A DNA stretch of 24,000 nt from Acholeplasmataceae bacterium UBA5409 (GTDB lineage Bacteria; Bacillota_I; Bacilli_A; Acholeplasmatales; UBA5453): NCBI GenBank assembly GCA_002410615.1, contig DHNT01000019.1, positions 32,855 through 56,854 of the forward strand, in the 5' to 3' direction. Under the pieces are notes generated by a model, which saw only the letters and a list, made by a program, of their open reading frames with translations, was not told the origin of the DNA and made no database searches. This document shows, piece by piece, positions 15,755-24,000 of the stretch (its first letter is position 1; every line of letters starts with the position of its first letter). The translations under genes and the position numbers were made by a program.

Positions 15755-17809
15755 TCACCTAAGATTATATTTTCTAAGAATGATGGTCCTTTCCTCACTG
15801 GTTAAAAGAATCTCAATATTTTCCTGTTCTAATCGCCAAATAACCTCATTGCTGGGGTGACCATAATAATTATTTTTCCCAACACTAATAATCGCTTGTT
15901 TTGGATTCACATATTTTAAAAAGTTACTGCTGGTAGACGATGATGAACCATGATGGGCAACATGAAGAATATCACTTTTTAGACTTTGTTTATAATAATT
16001 AATTAATTCATCTTCGACATCACTAGAAACATCTCCCGTAAAAAGGATCGTTTTATCCGATAAAACAAGCTTCAATACCAATGAATTATCATTGCTATTG
16101 TTATAATTTCTTAGAGGACCTAATACTTCTATTTCTATCTTCCCACACGTTATGCTTTCTTTTGAGATTCTTTTTAAACCATACGGTTTTAAGTCATTGA
16201 TGTAACTCGAGTTATCATAAGGATTTGTATAAACTTGTTTTACGGAATGGTTTTCAACGACTTCTAAAGCTTCACTGCTGTGATCATAATCGCCATGTGT
16301 AATAAAGAAATAGTCAATCGTAACATCCCCCAACCCCTCGATAAAATCACTGGTTCCAGTATGGGCGTCAATCAAGATATTACACGAATCAAATGATCCC
16401 TTTATATAGGTTGAATCCCCCTGTGACACATCTAAAAAATAGACCGTATCACTTAAATCGATATGGGGATATAAGTAAATCCCTAGAATGAACCCACCAA
16501 GAATAAAACTTCTTTTAAAAAATTGCTTAAAAGTTTCACTTAATAATATAAAGACAAATAACCCTATGTATATCACTATGATTAATAAACTAACATACGG
16601 CATTTTTATTTTAAACGTTGTACTAGACTGATAAATACTTAAACTGAAGCCTTTTAATAGTGGATTGGTTATAAATGATAATGGTTTAATCATTGCTAAA
16701 CCAACAAGTGGCATGACAACATAGGGAAATAACATCATATAGATAAATCCAAATAAAAGCCCATCTAAATAGATGCCACCATTTAGGTTTGAGACAATCA
16801 GTAAACTTGAAAAAAAACTCGTTATTTGAATCAAAAAAAACCCTTTAAGCCCTTTTCTAGGTTTCATTATGACAATAAAGAAGGTGACTAGAAATGACAA
16901 GATAAAACTATAACTATACCGATAAAATGGATTGATTAATAGTAATATGATGAAACTAAGTGATAAACTATCTAATCGAGTGAACCCTTTTTTGCTTAAA
17001 GCTAAGTAACTAAGGTGCATAATAAAGGCCCTTAATAAACTGATTGGAAACCCAGTTAGAAACACATATAGGCTTAAAAATACCACCATAATTAAATTTT
17101 TCTTCTTAATCTTAAAATAATCTAATAAGCTCCCTAAGATTATAATTAAAAAATGAATATGTAAACCTGATAAAGCGAATAAATGTGAGATCCCTAAGGA
17201 AGCGATTGAATCCTTAAAATCAGGTTCAAAAACATTATCAGAAAAAACAAGCCCATAAATATAAGATTTTGTGGGTTCTTCATAATCCTTAAAATAGGTC
17301 TTAAGTTTATAGGGTATCTGATTAAAGTGAAAGCCTTTTTTAACGAGTGTACTATTTTTAACCTTTAATTCGTAAAATATCCTTTGGGAGGCATAATAAT
17401 GGGCCTCGTTAAACCCACCAGGAATCTTGGTTTCTTCAAACTCTTGATACGTATAATTAAGTTCTATGTAATCGCCTATTTGATAACTATCTTCAGACAA
17501 GAAAACATATTTATGATTATTTTCTCTAACAATATAGCGGTTAAATGTCTCATATTCTTTTAAATTAACCACTTGAAATACATTATTTTTAGGGGGCTTT
17601 TTCTCAAAGTAACTAGCCTCAATAAAACAATAACTTAATAAACCTACGGCTATAACCGCCCACTTATTAGAATACCCTTTAATTAAATATAAAAATGGCA
17701 ACAACAATAAATAACCTGCTAAATGCTCATGTCCAAGTAAAACAATCAATACGATAAACGCATAATAATGAAAATAATTATAAGGTAATAAAGTCTTTAA
17801 TTTTCTCAT
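15755..17809 (-). CDS. comEC: DNA internalisation competence protein ComEC/Rec2
   Basis: Polytopic membrane competence domain plus a C-terminal metallo-beta-lactamase domain (DVSQGDS, ITHGDYDHS, VAHHGS). It follows comEA. Start uncertain: ATG 17809 after GGTGA, or GTG 17821. It overlaps the comEA 3' end. Confidence 0.88.
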   Translation of the reverse strand: MRKLKTLLPYNYFHYYAFIVLIVLLGHEHLAGYLLLLPFLYLIKGYSNKWAVIAVGLLSYCFIEASYFEKKPPKNNVFQVVNLKEYETFNRYIVRENNHKYVFLSEDSYQIGDYIELNYTYQEFEETKIPGGFNEAHYYASQRIFYELKVKNSTLVKKGFHFNQIPYKLKTYFKDYEEPTKSYIYGLVFSDNVFEPDFKDSIASLGISHLFALSGLHIHFLIIILGSLLDYFKIKKKNLIMVVFLSLYVFLTGFPISLLRAFIMHLSYLALSKKGFTRLDSLSLSFIILLLINPFYRYSYSFILSFLVTFFIVIMKPRKGLKGFFLIQITSFFSSLLIVSNLNGGIYLDGLLFGFIYMMLFPYVVMPLVGLAMIKPLSFITNPLLKGFSLSIYQSSTTFKIKMPYVSLLIIVIYIGLFVFILLSETFKQFFKRSFILGGFILGIYLYPHIDLSDTVYFLDVSQGDSTYIKGSFDSCNILIDAHTGTSDFIEGLGDVTIDYFFITHGDYDHSSEALEVVENHSVKQVYTNPYDNSSYINDLKPYGLKRISKESITCGKIEIEVLGPLRNYNNSNDNSLVLKLVLSDKTILFTGDVSSDVEDELINYYKQSLKSDILHVAHHGSSSSTSSNFLKYVNPKQAIISVGKNNYYGHPSNEVIWRLEQENIEILLTSEERTIILRKYNLR

Positions 17810-18260
17810 ACGTCTTTTCACCGATATTATTTACTTTCATTAAGTCTTCCAAGTAAATAAACGGCCCGTTTTTAATCCGGTAAATAACAATGGCTTCTGC
17901 AGTGACCGGTCCGATCCCATTAATCGTTTGCAGTTCTTCTTTGGTCGCCGTATTGATATTAATTTTTATTGCTGGAACGTCCTCTTCAATGATATAAATG
18001 GCTTGATCCCTTAATACTTCATCTAGTTCAATTTTATCTTTGATGGCATTTCGAGTAAATCCACCCGCATAATCAATTAAATCTTCTAACGTATCATCTG
18101 GTGAAACTTGATAAGTTCCCGGTAATAAAATTCCCCCCTTAATTTCCACTTCGATTAAAACTGGATCAGTCGCTATGGTTGAATTTGGTTGCCTCAAGTA
18201 GATGCCATATAAGATAAATAAAATCATGATTATGCCATAAATCGTTAAGCCTTTTTTCAT
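17778..18260 (-). CDS. comEA: Competence protein ComEA (DNA receptor)
   Basis: N-terminal membrane anchor, SLBB-like middle region, C-terminal helix-hairpin-helix (INTATKEELQTINGIGPVTAEAIVIYR). Start placed at ATG 18260 (MKKGLTIYG...); the ORF track starts at TTG 18272. Confidence 0.88.
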   Translation of the reverse strand: MKKGLTIYGIIMILFILYGIYLRQPNSTIATDPVLIEVEIKGGILLPGTYQVSPDDTLEDLIDYAGGFTRNAIKDKIELDEVLRDQAIYIIEEDVPAIKININTATKEELQTINGIGPVTAEAIVIYRIKNGPFIYLEDLMKVNNIGEKTYEKIKDFITL

Positions 18261-18304
18261 AGTATCACCCAACTAATATATACCAAGTGAATGAGGATAT
18301 TTCT

Positions 18305-18329
18305 CGAAAAAAAAAGCCCTCAAGGCTTT
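18305..18329 (-). terminator. Rho-independent terminator after rsfS
   Basis: The minus strand reads TAAAGCC-TTGAG-GGCTTT followed by further Ts, making a run of nine T in total. The stem is 18313-18318 / 18324-18329. Confidence 0.55.
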
Positions 18330-18660
18330 ATTTTATGTATTGTTCAGTCAGTTCATTGAACCCCATGAATTTATCATCAAAATTATAGAAACTTCTATTT
18401 TCTTGATCAAAAATATGAATGATGATATCGCCTAGGTCAATTAATAACCAACCCGTTTGTTTACCTTCAACACCTTTGATCTCAAAAGCATTTTTAAGTT
18501 CATCTTTTAAGTACCCGATTAAGGCATCACTTTGTCTAGAAGTCCCTGTTCCAATGATGACAATGTTATAAAATGGGTTTTTATTTTCTAAATCAAAAAT
18601 TCTTAAATTGGCTAAGTTTACATGTCCAATCGCATCTACTGTTTTATTTAATAATGTCAT
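18328..18660 (-). CDS. rsfS: Ribosomal silencing factor RsfS (YqeL/IojAP family)
   Basis: 110 aa. Central FYNIVIIGTGTSRQSDALIGYLKDELK and C-terminal WLLIDLGDIIIHIF motifs of the RsfS family. Follows yqeK, as in Bacillota. Confidence 0.88.
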   Translation of the reverse strand: MTLLNKTVDAIGHVNLANLRIFDLENKNPFYNIVIIGTGTSRQSDALIGYLKDELKNAFEIKGVEGKQTGWLLIDLGDIIIHIFDQENRSFYNFDDKFMGFNELTEQYIK

Positions 18661-19216
18661 TTATTCTTTTATTCTCCTTTTTTAAATAATAATGATAAGT
18701 ATCTATTTGATCTTGATGTGGTGTGATTTGTTTTTCTTTTAAATGTTTAAGGGTACTTTCAAGCATATGAACGTATGCCTTATCTAGGTCTATTAGCGCC
18801 ATTTGATAAACCACTTTTGCGTCGCTAAACGTCCGGTTTTTTTCACAGTAATCACTCACACAAAGTATCATCGTTTCTAATGCCATCTCAATTTTACCCC
18901 ACATATGGTATTGAATGGCTTCTAAGGTCACTGGGTTAGTAACACCGATTGATTTTGCGTAAATAGCGGCACTAATCGGGTGATATAACTGTTCATGAAA
19001 ATGATCCGTAATCATCGGGTTATTAATCAGTTTTTGATGGGCCTCCGTTTTCCAATACTTCGTCATATCATGGAGATAACTCGCCACTTCTAAAACCTCT
19101 AAATCGGCATCATAGATTTTACCTAATTCTAAAGCCCTGTCTCTAACCCCTAAGGTGTGTTTAATACGGTCTGGGTATCCTTTTAAAGCATTTTCCATAA
19201 GAACCCTATAGTCCAT
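18644..19216 (-). CDS. yqeK: HD-domain Ap4A hydrolase YqeK
   Basis: 190 aa. HD motifs (RIKHTLGV ... SYLHDMTKY). Lies between yqeH and rsfS. Confidence 0.8.
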   Translation of the reverse strand: MDYRVLMENALKGYPDRIKHTLGVRDRALELGKIYDADLEVLEVASYLHDMTKYWKTEAHQKLINNPMITDHFHEQLYHPISAAIYAKSIGVTNPVTLEAIQYHMWGKIEMALETMILCVSDYCEKNRTFSDAKVVYQMALIDLDKAYVHMLESTLKHLKEKQITPHQDQIDTYHYYLKKENKRINDIIK

Positions 19217-20234
19217 GAAATACCCCTTTCCTTATCCCAATAAAGGCGCCTTTAGGCGCGTAAAGTTCCAATGTGTTGGGACCTTTGGCGATAAAAAAAC
19301 CTAAATCTAATAAATTTATTAGATATTCCCCAGAATCTAGTTTAATAAACTGTTTTTCATAAGGTGCCTCAGAAACCGGGTTAAATAAAGTGCCTTGATG
19401 TTTCTCAAACTGATGATAAACATTTTCATATTTGGTTCGATGAATATTAATTTCACCTAAATAAAAAGTAAAACTACTTCTCTCACCTTTGATAAAACTA
19501 ACGATCACTATGCCACCAATAATAATGGATTGGCTTGAATCTAGGTGATAAGTGGTAGGCCTAATTTTTTTACTGGGTATATAAGTCTTATAGTCATCAT
19601 AGTCTAGAAAATCACTAATAAAGCCTCTTTGATAAACACCTGGTGAATCAATAATATAACCATTTTTATAGGGTAATTGAATAAAGTCTTGAGTCAGTCC
19701 TGCTTTAGGTGAACTTAAAGCTTTAACATGCCCATCTATATGTTCTGAGATCCGGTTTAATAAAGTGGTTTTACCGCTATTTTGTAAACCAACTAAATAA
19801 ACATTCCCGCTGTGATAATGATCAATCGTTTCTAATAAAATAGTTAAATAATGACCTTTAAGACCTGATAGAGGCATAATTTCTAAAAAGTCTTTAAAAT
19901 ATGAATGTAAATCTTTAACCCATAAATCAAAATTAATGGTTTGAGGCAGTAAATCAATTTGGTTAATCACTAAAATTTTCTTTTGTTTGGGGTAAAACTT
20001 AGTGAGATCAAACAGCGGTAATGTGTTTAAATGTAGGGCTGAGACAACATATAAAATTAAACTGTTTTCTTCAATAAAAGGAAAGTGTGATTTCAAAACT
20101 GGTTCTAAGGAAATATTATAGTTCTTTAAATTATGACAACTTAAACAGTACTCGTGTTCCACTGCTTTAACATAACCTAAAGCATTTGGATCATGCGCCT
20201 GTAGTGCGATCCCGCAGCCTTTACATTTCTTCAT
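19206..20234 (-). CDS. yqeH: Circularly permuted ribosome-biogenesis GTPase YqeH
   Basis: N-terminal zinc ribbon (CKGCG ... CLSCH). Permuted motif order: G4-like NQID, then G1 GLQNSGKTT, then G3 DSPG. Follows yqeG. Confidence 0.88.
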   Translation of the reverse strand: MKKCKGCGIALQAHDPNALGYVKAVEHEYCLSCHNLKNYNISLEPVLKSHFPFIEENSLILYVVSALHLNTLPLFDLTKFYPKQKKILVINQIDLLPQTINFDLWVKDLHSYFKDFLEIMPLSGLKGHYLTILLETIDHYHSGNVYLVGLQNSGKTTLLNRISEHIDGHVKALSSPKAGLTQDFIQLPYKNGYIIDSPGVYQRGFISDFLDYDDYKTYIPSKKIRPTTYHLDSSQSIIIGGIVIVSFIKGERSSFTFYLGEINIHRTKYENVYHQFEKHQGTLFNPVSEAPYEKQFIKLDSGEYLINLLDLGFFIAKGPNTLELYAPKGAFIGIRKGVFHGL

Positions 20235-20772
20235 AGTCTTTTAATCTTTGTTCATATAACGCTGGATACTTAGACTTAATCTTCTTAATAATTTTTCTTT
20301 CAAAGAAACGGTTAATGCGCGTTGATCTAGTATCCGTTCCTCTTTCAATTGGATGGACTAAGATGGTAAAAAAGCCAATCTTTTCGCCACCTTTTACATC
20401 AGTCATGATTTGATCCCCAATATTAATGACTTCATTGATAGGATAATCTTTAGTAGCTATTTTAAGGGCTTTTTTAAAGCCTTTCTTGAGAGGTTTTAAA
20501 GCGAACCAAACCCCTTTTAACTTAGTTTGTTCCATCACAAGACTAACCCGTTTTCTATTATTATTAGATATTAAAATAACTTCAAACCCTAAAGTTTTAA
20601 TCGATTCTAATAATTTCAAGGTGTCTGTATCCGCTAAAGCCTGATCATATTTAATAATGGTATTGTCAATATCAAGTAAAACGAGTCTAAAACCTTGTTC
20701 ATAATACGCCAAAAAGTCGATTTCAAAAATCGACTTATAAGTAATATTCGGAATGTAATGTTTTAATGCCAT
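20221..20772 (-). CDS. yqeG: YqeG-family HAD phosphatase
   Basis: 183 aa. HAD motif I LLDIDNT, SNN motif, GDQIMTD motif. TAATG overlap with the greA stop. Confidence 0.85.
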   Translation of the reverse strand: MALKHYIPNITYKSIFEIDFLAYYEQGFRLVLLDIDNTIIKYDQALADTDTLKLLESIKTLGFEVILISNNNRKRVSLVMEQTKLKGVWFALKPLKKGFKKALKIATKDYPINEVINIGDQIMTDVKGGEKIGFFTILVHPIERGTDTRSTRINRFFERKIIKKIKSKYPALYEQRLKDYEEM

Positions 20773-21251
20773 TAAGATATTTCTAAGACTTCAACGTGAA
20801 AAGTATTCCCGTTTTCAAGTCTTACAGATACTGTGTCACCAACAGAGGTTCCTAAAACGGCTTTACCAACCGGTGATTCGATTGAAATAAGGTTTTGAGC
20901 AGGATTTGCTTCAATGGTTCCAACTAATTTATAAGTAGCTTCTTTCTTTCTTTCAATAAATTTAATTTTAATAGTTTTACCGATGTTTACTTTATCATCG
21001 TTAGAGGTAACACGAATAATCTTATAGTTATCTAAGATGTTTTCTATTTCTTTTATTCTACCTTCAGTATGAGCTTGGGCTTCTCTAGCTGCGTCATAAT
21101 CTGCGTTTTCAGATAAGTCGCCTTGAGCTCTGGCTTCTTGAAGTTGTCTAACGACTTCAGGCCGTTTGACATCTTTTAATTCTTCAAGTTCCGCTCTTAG
21201 CTTTTCGACCCCTTCTTTGGTTAATTCAAATACTGGTTTGTTAATCGCCAA
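20772..21251 (-). CDS. greA: Transcription elongation factor GreA
   Basis: GDLSENADYDAAREAQ coiled-coil motif and C-terminal FKBP-like domain. I favour the TTG start at 21251, 8 nt after AAGGAG, giving (M)AINKPVFELTKEG, which aligns with the B. subtilis N-terminus. The ORF-track GTG at 21260 overlaps the SD. Confidence 0.92.
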   Translation of the reverse strand: MAINKPVFELTKEGVEKLRAELEELKDVKRPEVVRQLQEARAQGDLSENADYDAAREAQAHTEGRIKEIENILDNYKIIRVTSNDDKVNIGKTIKIKFIERKKEATYKLVGTIEANPAQNLISIESPVGKAVLGTSVGDTVSVRLENGNTFHVEVLEIS

Positions 21252-21298
21252 TTTAATCACTCCTTATGCTTTGTTATTATACAACAATTTCTTTTTTT

Positions 21299-21955
21299 TT
21301 AATAGTTTAAGCCAATTTTTTTTAAATTCCTTTGTGTTTCTTTATGGGGTGGATATAGTTTATCTAATAATTGATAAAACGCGCGTTGATGGTTCGCAAC
21401 CTTTTGGTGCGCATATTCATGTAGTAAGACGTGCTTTGTATAAACTTTATCAATAGTGGCCAAAAATGAATTTAAAGTAATTTCATTATTCCCTTTATGG
21501 TAAGAACCATATTTACTTTTTAGTTTCTTTACCTTAATCGGTACTAAATATAACCCATGTTCCTTTAATATCGGTTGGATCTCCGTTTGAAGTATACTTA
21601 AATAGTTTTGTAGTTCAGCCTTTAAAATACTATCTTTAAAATGACTATAGTCAGACGATTTTGCATAAATAATTATTTCTTTCGCTTCGATAATATATTT
21701 TTTTTGACTTGATTCAACCCATTTTAATGCATAATCTTGTCCCCATAAAGACAGCGTTGTTTCGTCTTTTTTTAAGGTTTTTGTGTAATAAAAATCAAAA
21801 TTATCTTCGATCTTTTTAAGGATGGGTTCCATTCGCATCCGGCTCGATTTAGAAATTTCAACGTAGCCATCTTTTTGTTTAATATAGGTATGTTTAATGT
21901 TTTTTTCATTCACTTTGATGTAAAGTGTTTGATCACCTTTTACCAGTTTAGTCAT
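21299..21955 (-). CDS. DUF45/YgjP-like (M48/WLM-type) zinc metallopeptidase
   Basis: 218 aa. C-terminal LLHEYAHQKVANHQRAFYQLLDKLYP matches the DUF45 signature (HExxH ... NH ... F). The ATG overlaps the stop of the upstream U32 gene by 8 nt. Confidence 0.78.
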   Translation of the reverse strand: MTKLVKGDQTLYIKVNEKNIKHTYIKQKDGYVEISKSSRMRMEPILKKIEDNFDFYYTKTLKKDETTLSLWGQDYALKWVESSQKKYIIEAKEIIIYAKSSDYSHFKDSILKAELQNYLSILQTEIQPILKEHGLYLVPIKVKKLKSKYGSYHKGNNEITLNSFLATIDKVYTKHVLLHEYAHQKVANHQRAFYQLLDKLYPPHKETQRNLKKIGLNY

Positions 21956-23129
21956 TGGCTTTACGAATTAAATCATAGGGTTCAACTTTAAACGGTATTT
22001 TAATAAGGACTTCTTGTCTAGGGTGTCTTGCCGCATCCAACAAATTCATCTCGGTATCGTAGATGCTTTCGACTTTGAAAGTACGCGGCTTTTTCCCTGG
22101 TCCAAATACTTCTAAAGTATCCTCAGGTCTAAAGTGATTTCGTTGTTCAACTTTAATATAATCGTTGAACGGGCCTAATACTATTCCCACAAATGTTTTA
22201 GTAGGTATTTCACTTCGATTGTTATAGAGTTGGTAATTCTTATTCGGAAACTCGCCTAAAAAACCTTCTTTAGTTAATCTGTTTTCAGCCTTGCTAATTT
22301 CATTTTCATAATAGTCAAAATCACTTATTTTACCGGTGGCTATGTACTCATCAATTAACATTCGATAAACCCACACCACGGTGGCAATATAATGAACTGA
22401 TTTCATTCTTCCTTCAATTTTTAATGAATGGACACCCGCGTCAATCAGTGAGGGAATAAACCTCAAGGATTGAAGGTCTTTTGAACTCATTGAAAACAAG
22501 GTCTCATCGCTAATTTTTTCATTCCCATCAAAAAGATCATAATTCCAGCGGCAGCTGTGTGCACATCCCCCGCGATTCGCATCTCTTAAGGTAAAAGTAT
22601 TTGATAAGGTACATCTGCCACTATATGAGGCACACATGCCCCCATGAATAAAGACCTCTATTTCGGCTTGACTCTTTTCCACGATGGTCTTAATTTCATC
22701 CACATTCAATTCCCTACCTAAGACAACCCTTGAAGCACCAATATCTTCAAAGTATTTGACGGCGTAGTGATTTAACACGGATTGTTGGGTAGAAATATGA
22801 ACTTCTAAGTTTGTATGTTTCTTGGCCATCTCAACGATATAAGGACTTGCCACAATAATGGCGTCGATATTTGCCTCTTCTAACCCTTTTAGATACTCAA
22901 TTAAACCTTCATAGTTTTCATCATGGGGAATAATATTTGCCGTAACATAAAGTTTTTTACCGAGATGATGGGCAAAAAGAGCGGCTTCTTTAATCTCAGC
23001 TAAAGAAAAGTTAGAAGCTCTCGCCCTTAACGAATATTCTTGTCCGCCGATAAATACGGCATCAGCACCATATAAATAGGCTATTTTTAGTTTTTCTAAA
23101 TCCCCAGCTGGGGCTAATAATTCTATCAT
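21948..23129 (-). CDS. yrrO: U32-family protein, YrrO/TrhP2-like (long form with U32 signature)
   Basis: 393 aa. U32 signature EVFIHGGMCASYSGRCTLS. Second gene of a U32 pair located near greA, as in B. subtilis yrrN-yrrO. Confidence 0.8.
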   Translation of the reverse strand: MIELLAPAGDLEKLKIAYLYGADAVFIGGQEYSLRARASNFSLAEIKEAALFAHHLGKKLYVTANIIPHDENYEGLIEYLKGLEEANIDAIIVASPYIVEMAKKHTNLEVHISTQQSVLNHYAVKYFEDIGASRVVLGRELNVDEIKTIVEKSQAEIEVFIHGGMCASYSGRCTLSNTFTLRDANRGGCAHSCRWNYDLFDGNEKISDETLFSMSSKDLQSLRFIPSLIDAGVHSLKIEGRMKSVHYIATVVWVYRMLIDEYIATGKISDFDYYENEISKAENRLTKEGFLGEFPNKNYQLYNNRSEIPTKTFVGIVLGPFNDYIKVEQRNHFRPEDTLEVFGPGKKPRTFKVESIYDTEMNLLDAARHPRQEVLIKIPFKVEPYDLIRKAND

Positions 23130-23133
23130 CGTA

Positions 23134-23988
23134 TCAAACCTTATAGATTGTCTTTAAATATAAGAAACCAGTATCCCAGGTTTCATGATATTTTTCTTGT
23201 AATTGAGAAACTTGATTGATATCTAGATTATTTTGATATAGTTTTAAAATATCTATCGCGTAATCATCATCATGGAAAATTGAATCGATCACGAGATAAT
23301 CTAAAGCCTTAATATCTTCCAAAATATCTAATGTAGAGGTGACTTCACTTCGGTAAACATGGGTCCCAAATTGATCTTCAATAATGGGATGAAATGGCTC
23401 TCTTTTTTCTTCTTTTAATCGCATGTTTTCATGATGATAATCATGGGTCTTGCCAATTTCCTCAAAGTAGCTATTCAGTAATAACCTTCTAGAATAAAAC
23501 ATGTTCAAATAACCGTGTCCAGTCATAAAGAGTTGACCTTTTTTGTTGGTTAACATCGCTTTGATTTCACCTAAGTTCACTTCTTTTGAAATAAATGTTC
23601 CTTTAATGCCTAACTCAAAATAGGTGTTCAAATCGTAAGTGTTCGTTAGTAAAGTTTCCGGGTTATAGATAATATCTTTACCAGTTTCTTTTAGTAAGTA
23701 ATAATACCCGATATCACCAATAATATAGCCTGTAAAAGGGTAATCATTAATGGTTTTAATTAAATGATTAAACTCAACAACCGAAGGTTCGTGTAACATC
23801 ATTTTAAATGATACATATAGTTTTTTATTTAGTTTAGTGGTAAGTGCAGTGATTTTTTTAAATTCAGCAACAGAAAAACTTGATGTTTCTCTGGTAGAAT
23901 GATCTTTAATCCCGACAATTAAACCATCTGCCTGTTTAAGTAATTTTTCACCGTTTTCAATTTTATAAATGGTTGTTAAATATTGCAT
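23134..23988 (-). CDS. yrrN: U32-family protein, YrrN/TrhP1-like (short form lacking the Cys signature)
   Basis: 284 aa. U32-like TIM-barrel N-terminus (LLKQADGLIVG, LYVSFKMMLHE) but a degenerate signature region (LFMTGHGYLNMFYSRR). It lies 4 nt upstream of the yrrO-like gene. AAGGAGAA SD at the right edge of the window. Confidence 0.7.
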   Translation of the reverse strand: MQYLTTIYKIENGEKLLKQADGLIVGIKDHSTRETSSFSVAEFKKITALTTKLNKKLYVSFKMMLHEPSVVEFNHLIKTINDYPFTGYIIGDIGYYYLLKETGKDIIYNPETLLTNTYDLNTYFELGIKGTFISKEVNLGEIKAMLTNKKGQLFMTGHGYLNMFYSRRLLLNSYFEEIGKTHDYHHENMRLKEEKREPFHPIIEDQFGTHVYRSEVTSTLDILEDIKALDYLVIDSIFHDDDYAIDILKLYQNNLDINQVSQLQEKYHETWDTGFLYLKTIYKV

Positions 23989-24000
23989 CTTTTCTCCTTG

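Noticed and set aside
17778-17821. A 32-44 nt overlap between the comEA 3' end and the comEC 5' end, considered as a possible frameshift, fusion or pseudogene signature.
   Set aside because: Both reading frames are intact and full length with their expected domains. Overlapping starts are common throughout this compact window. The only uncertainty is which comEC start codon is used.
21288-21300. Long A/T homopolymers considered as phase-variation tracts: T9 at 21292-21300, A9 near 18307-18315, T8 at 14076-14083, and T8 (coding strand) within comEC at 16843-16850.
   Set aside because: The intergenic runs are explained as terminator U-tracts or promoter-upstream A-tracts. A/T runs of this length are expected by chance in a genome this AT-rich. 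Only the G7 in mutL stands out against the base composition.
1-24000. Alternative genetic code (TGA read as Trp, as in Mycoplasma and Spiroplasma).
   Set aside because: mutL, comEC and the yrrN-like gene end at TGA at the positions expected from their conserved C-termini. All conserved proteins are full length under the standard code, and Trp is encoded by TGG.
1-24000. CRISPR arrays, transposases or IS elements, integrases, prophage genes, tRNA/rRNA genes, toxin-antitoxin pairs, and a dif or oriC (DnaA-box cluster).
   Set aside because: Reading all intergenic regions (the longest is 200 nt, at 11224-11423) and all ORFs, I saw none: no repeat-spacer periodicity, no terminal inverted repeats, no cloverleaf-type sequences and no TTATCCACA-like clusters. 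This was not an exhaustive computational scan.

Overview
I found no mobile element, CRISPR array, tRNA/rRNA gene, defence island or obvious novel multi-gene system. This AT-rich window is almost entirely core housekeeping DNA from a low-GC Bacillota/Mollicutes-like genome. It uses the standard code: TGA acts as a stop and Trp is TGG, which argues against Mycoplasma/Spiroplasma; an Acholeplasma-like or Erysipelotrichia-like origin is only a guess. Of 25 genes, 23 lie on the minus strand, tightly packed and often with overlapping stop and start codons. As I recall the Bacillus subtilis map, the order reproduces three of its syntenic blocks in compacted form. Block 1 is yrrN-yrrO-(DUF45)-greA. 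Block 2 is yqeG-yqeH-yqeK-rsfS-comEA-comEC-holA-(DnaQ-like exonuclease), convergent with rpsT. Block 3 is pgsA-recA-(orphan, + strand)-rny-ymdB-miaB-ymcA-(unknown 500 aa)-mutS-mutL, followed by miaA and a partial aroK that the ORF track missed. The parts worth a second look are the lineage-specific genes filling the variable slots of these blocks. The main one is an unrecognised modular protein that heads the mutS-mutL operon, with two HeH/Rho_N-like motifs, an acidic coiled-coil linker and a histidine-rich tract (18 His in 36 residues). The others are an orphan membrane-anchored protein between recA and rny, a DEDDh exonuclease translationally coupled to holA, and a DUF45 metallopeptidase overlapping the U32 pair. 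Smaller observations are a G7 tract in mutL, twin GC-rich hairpins bracketing ymdB, and a strong promoter with a long AU-rich leader for rny. All functional ideas about these are inference and are marked as such.
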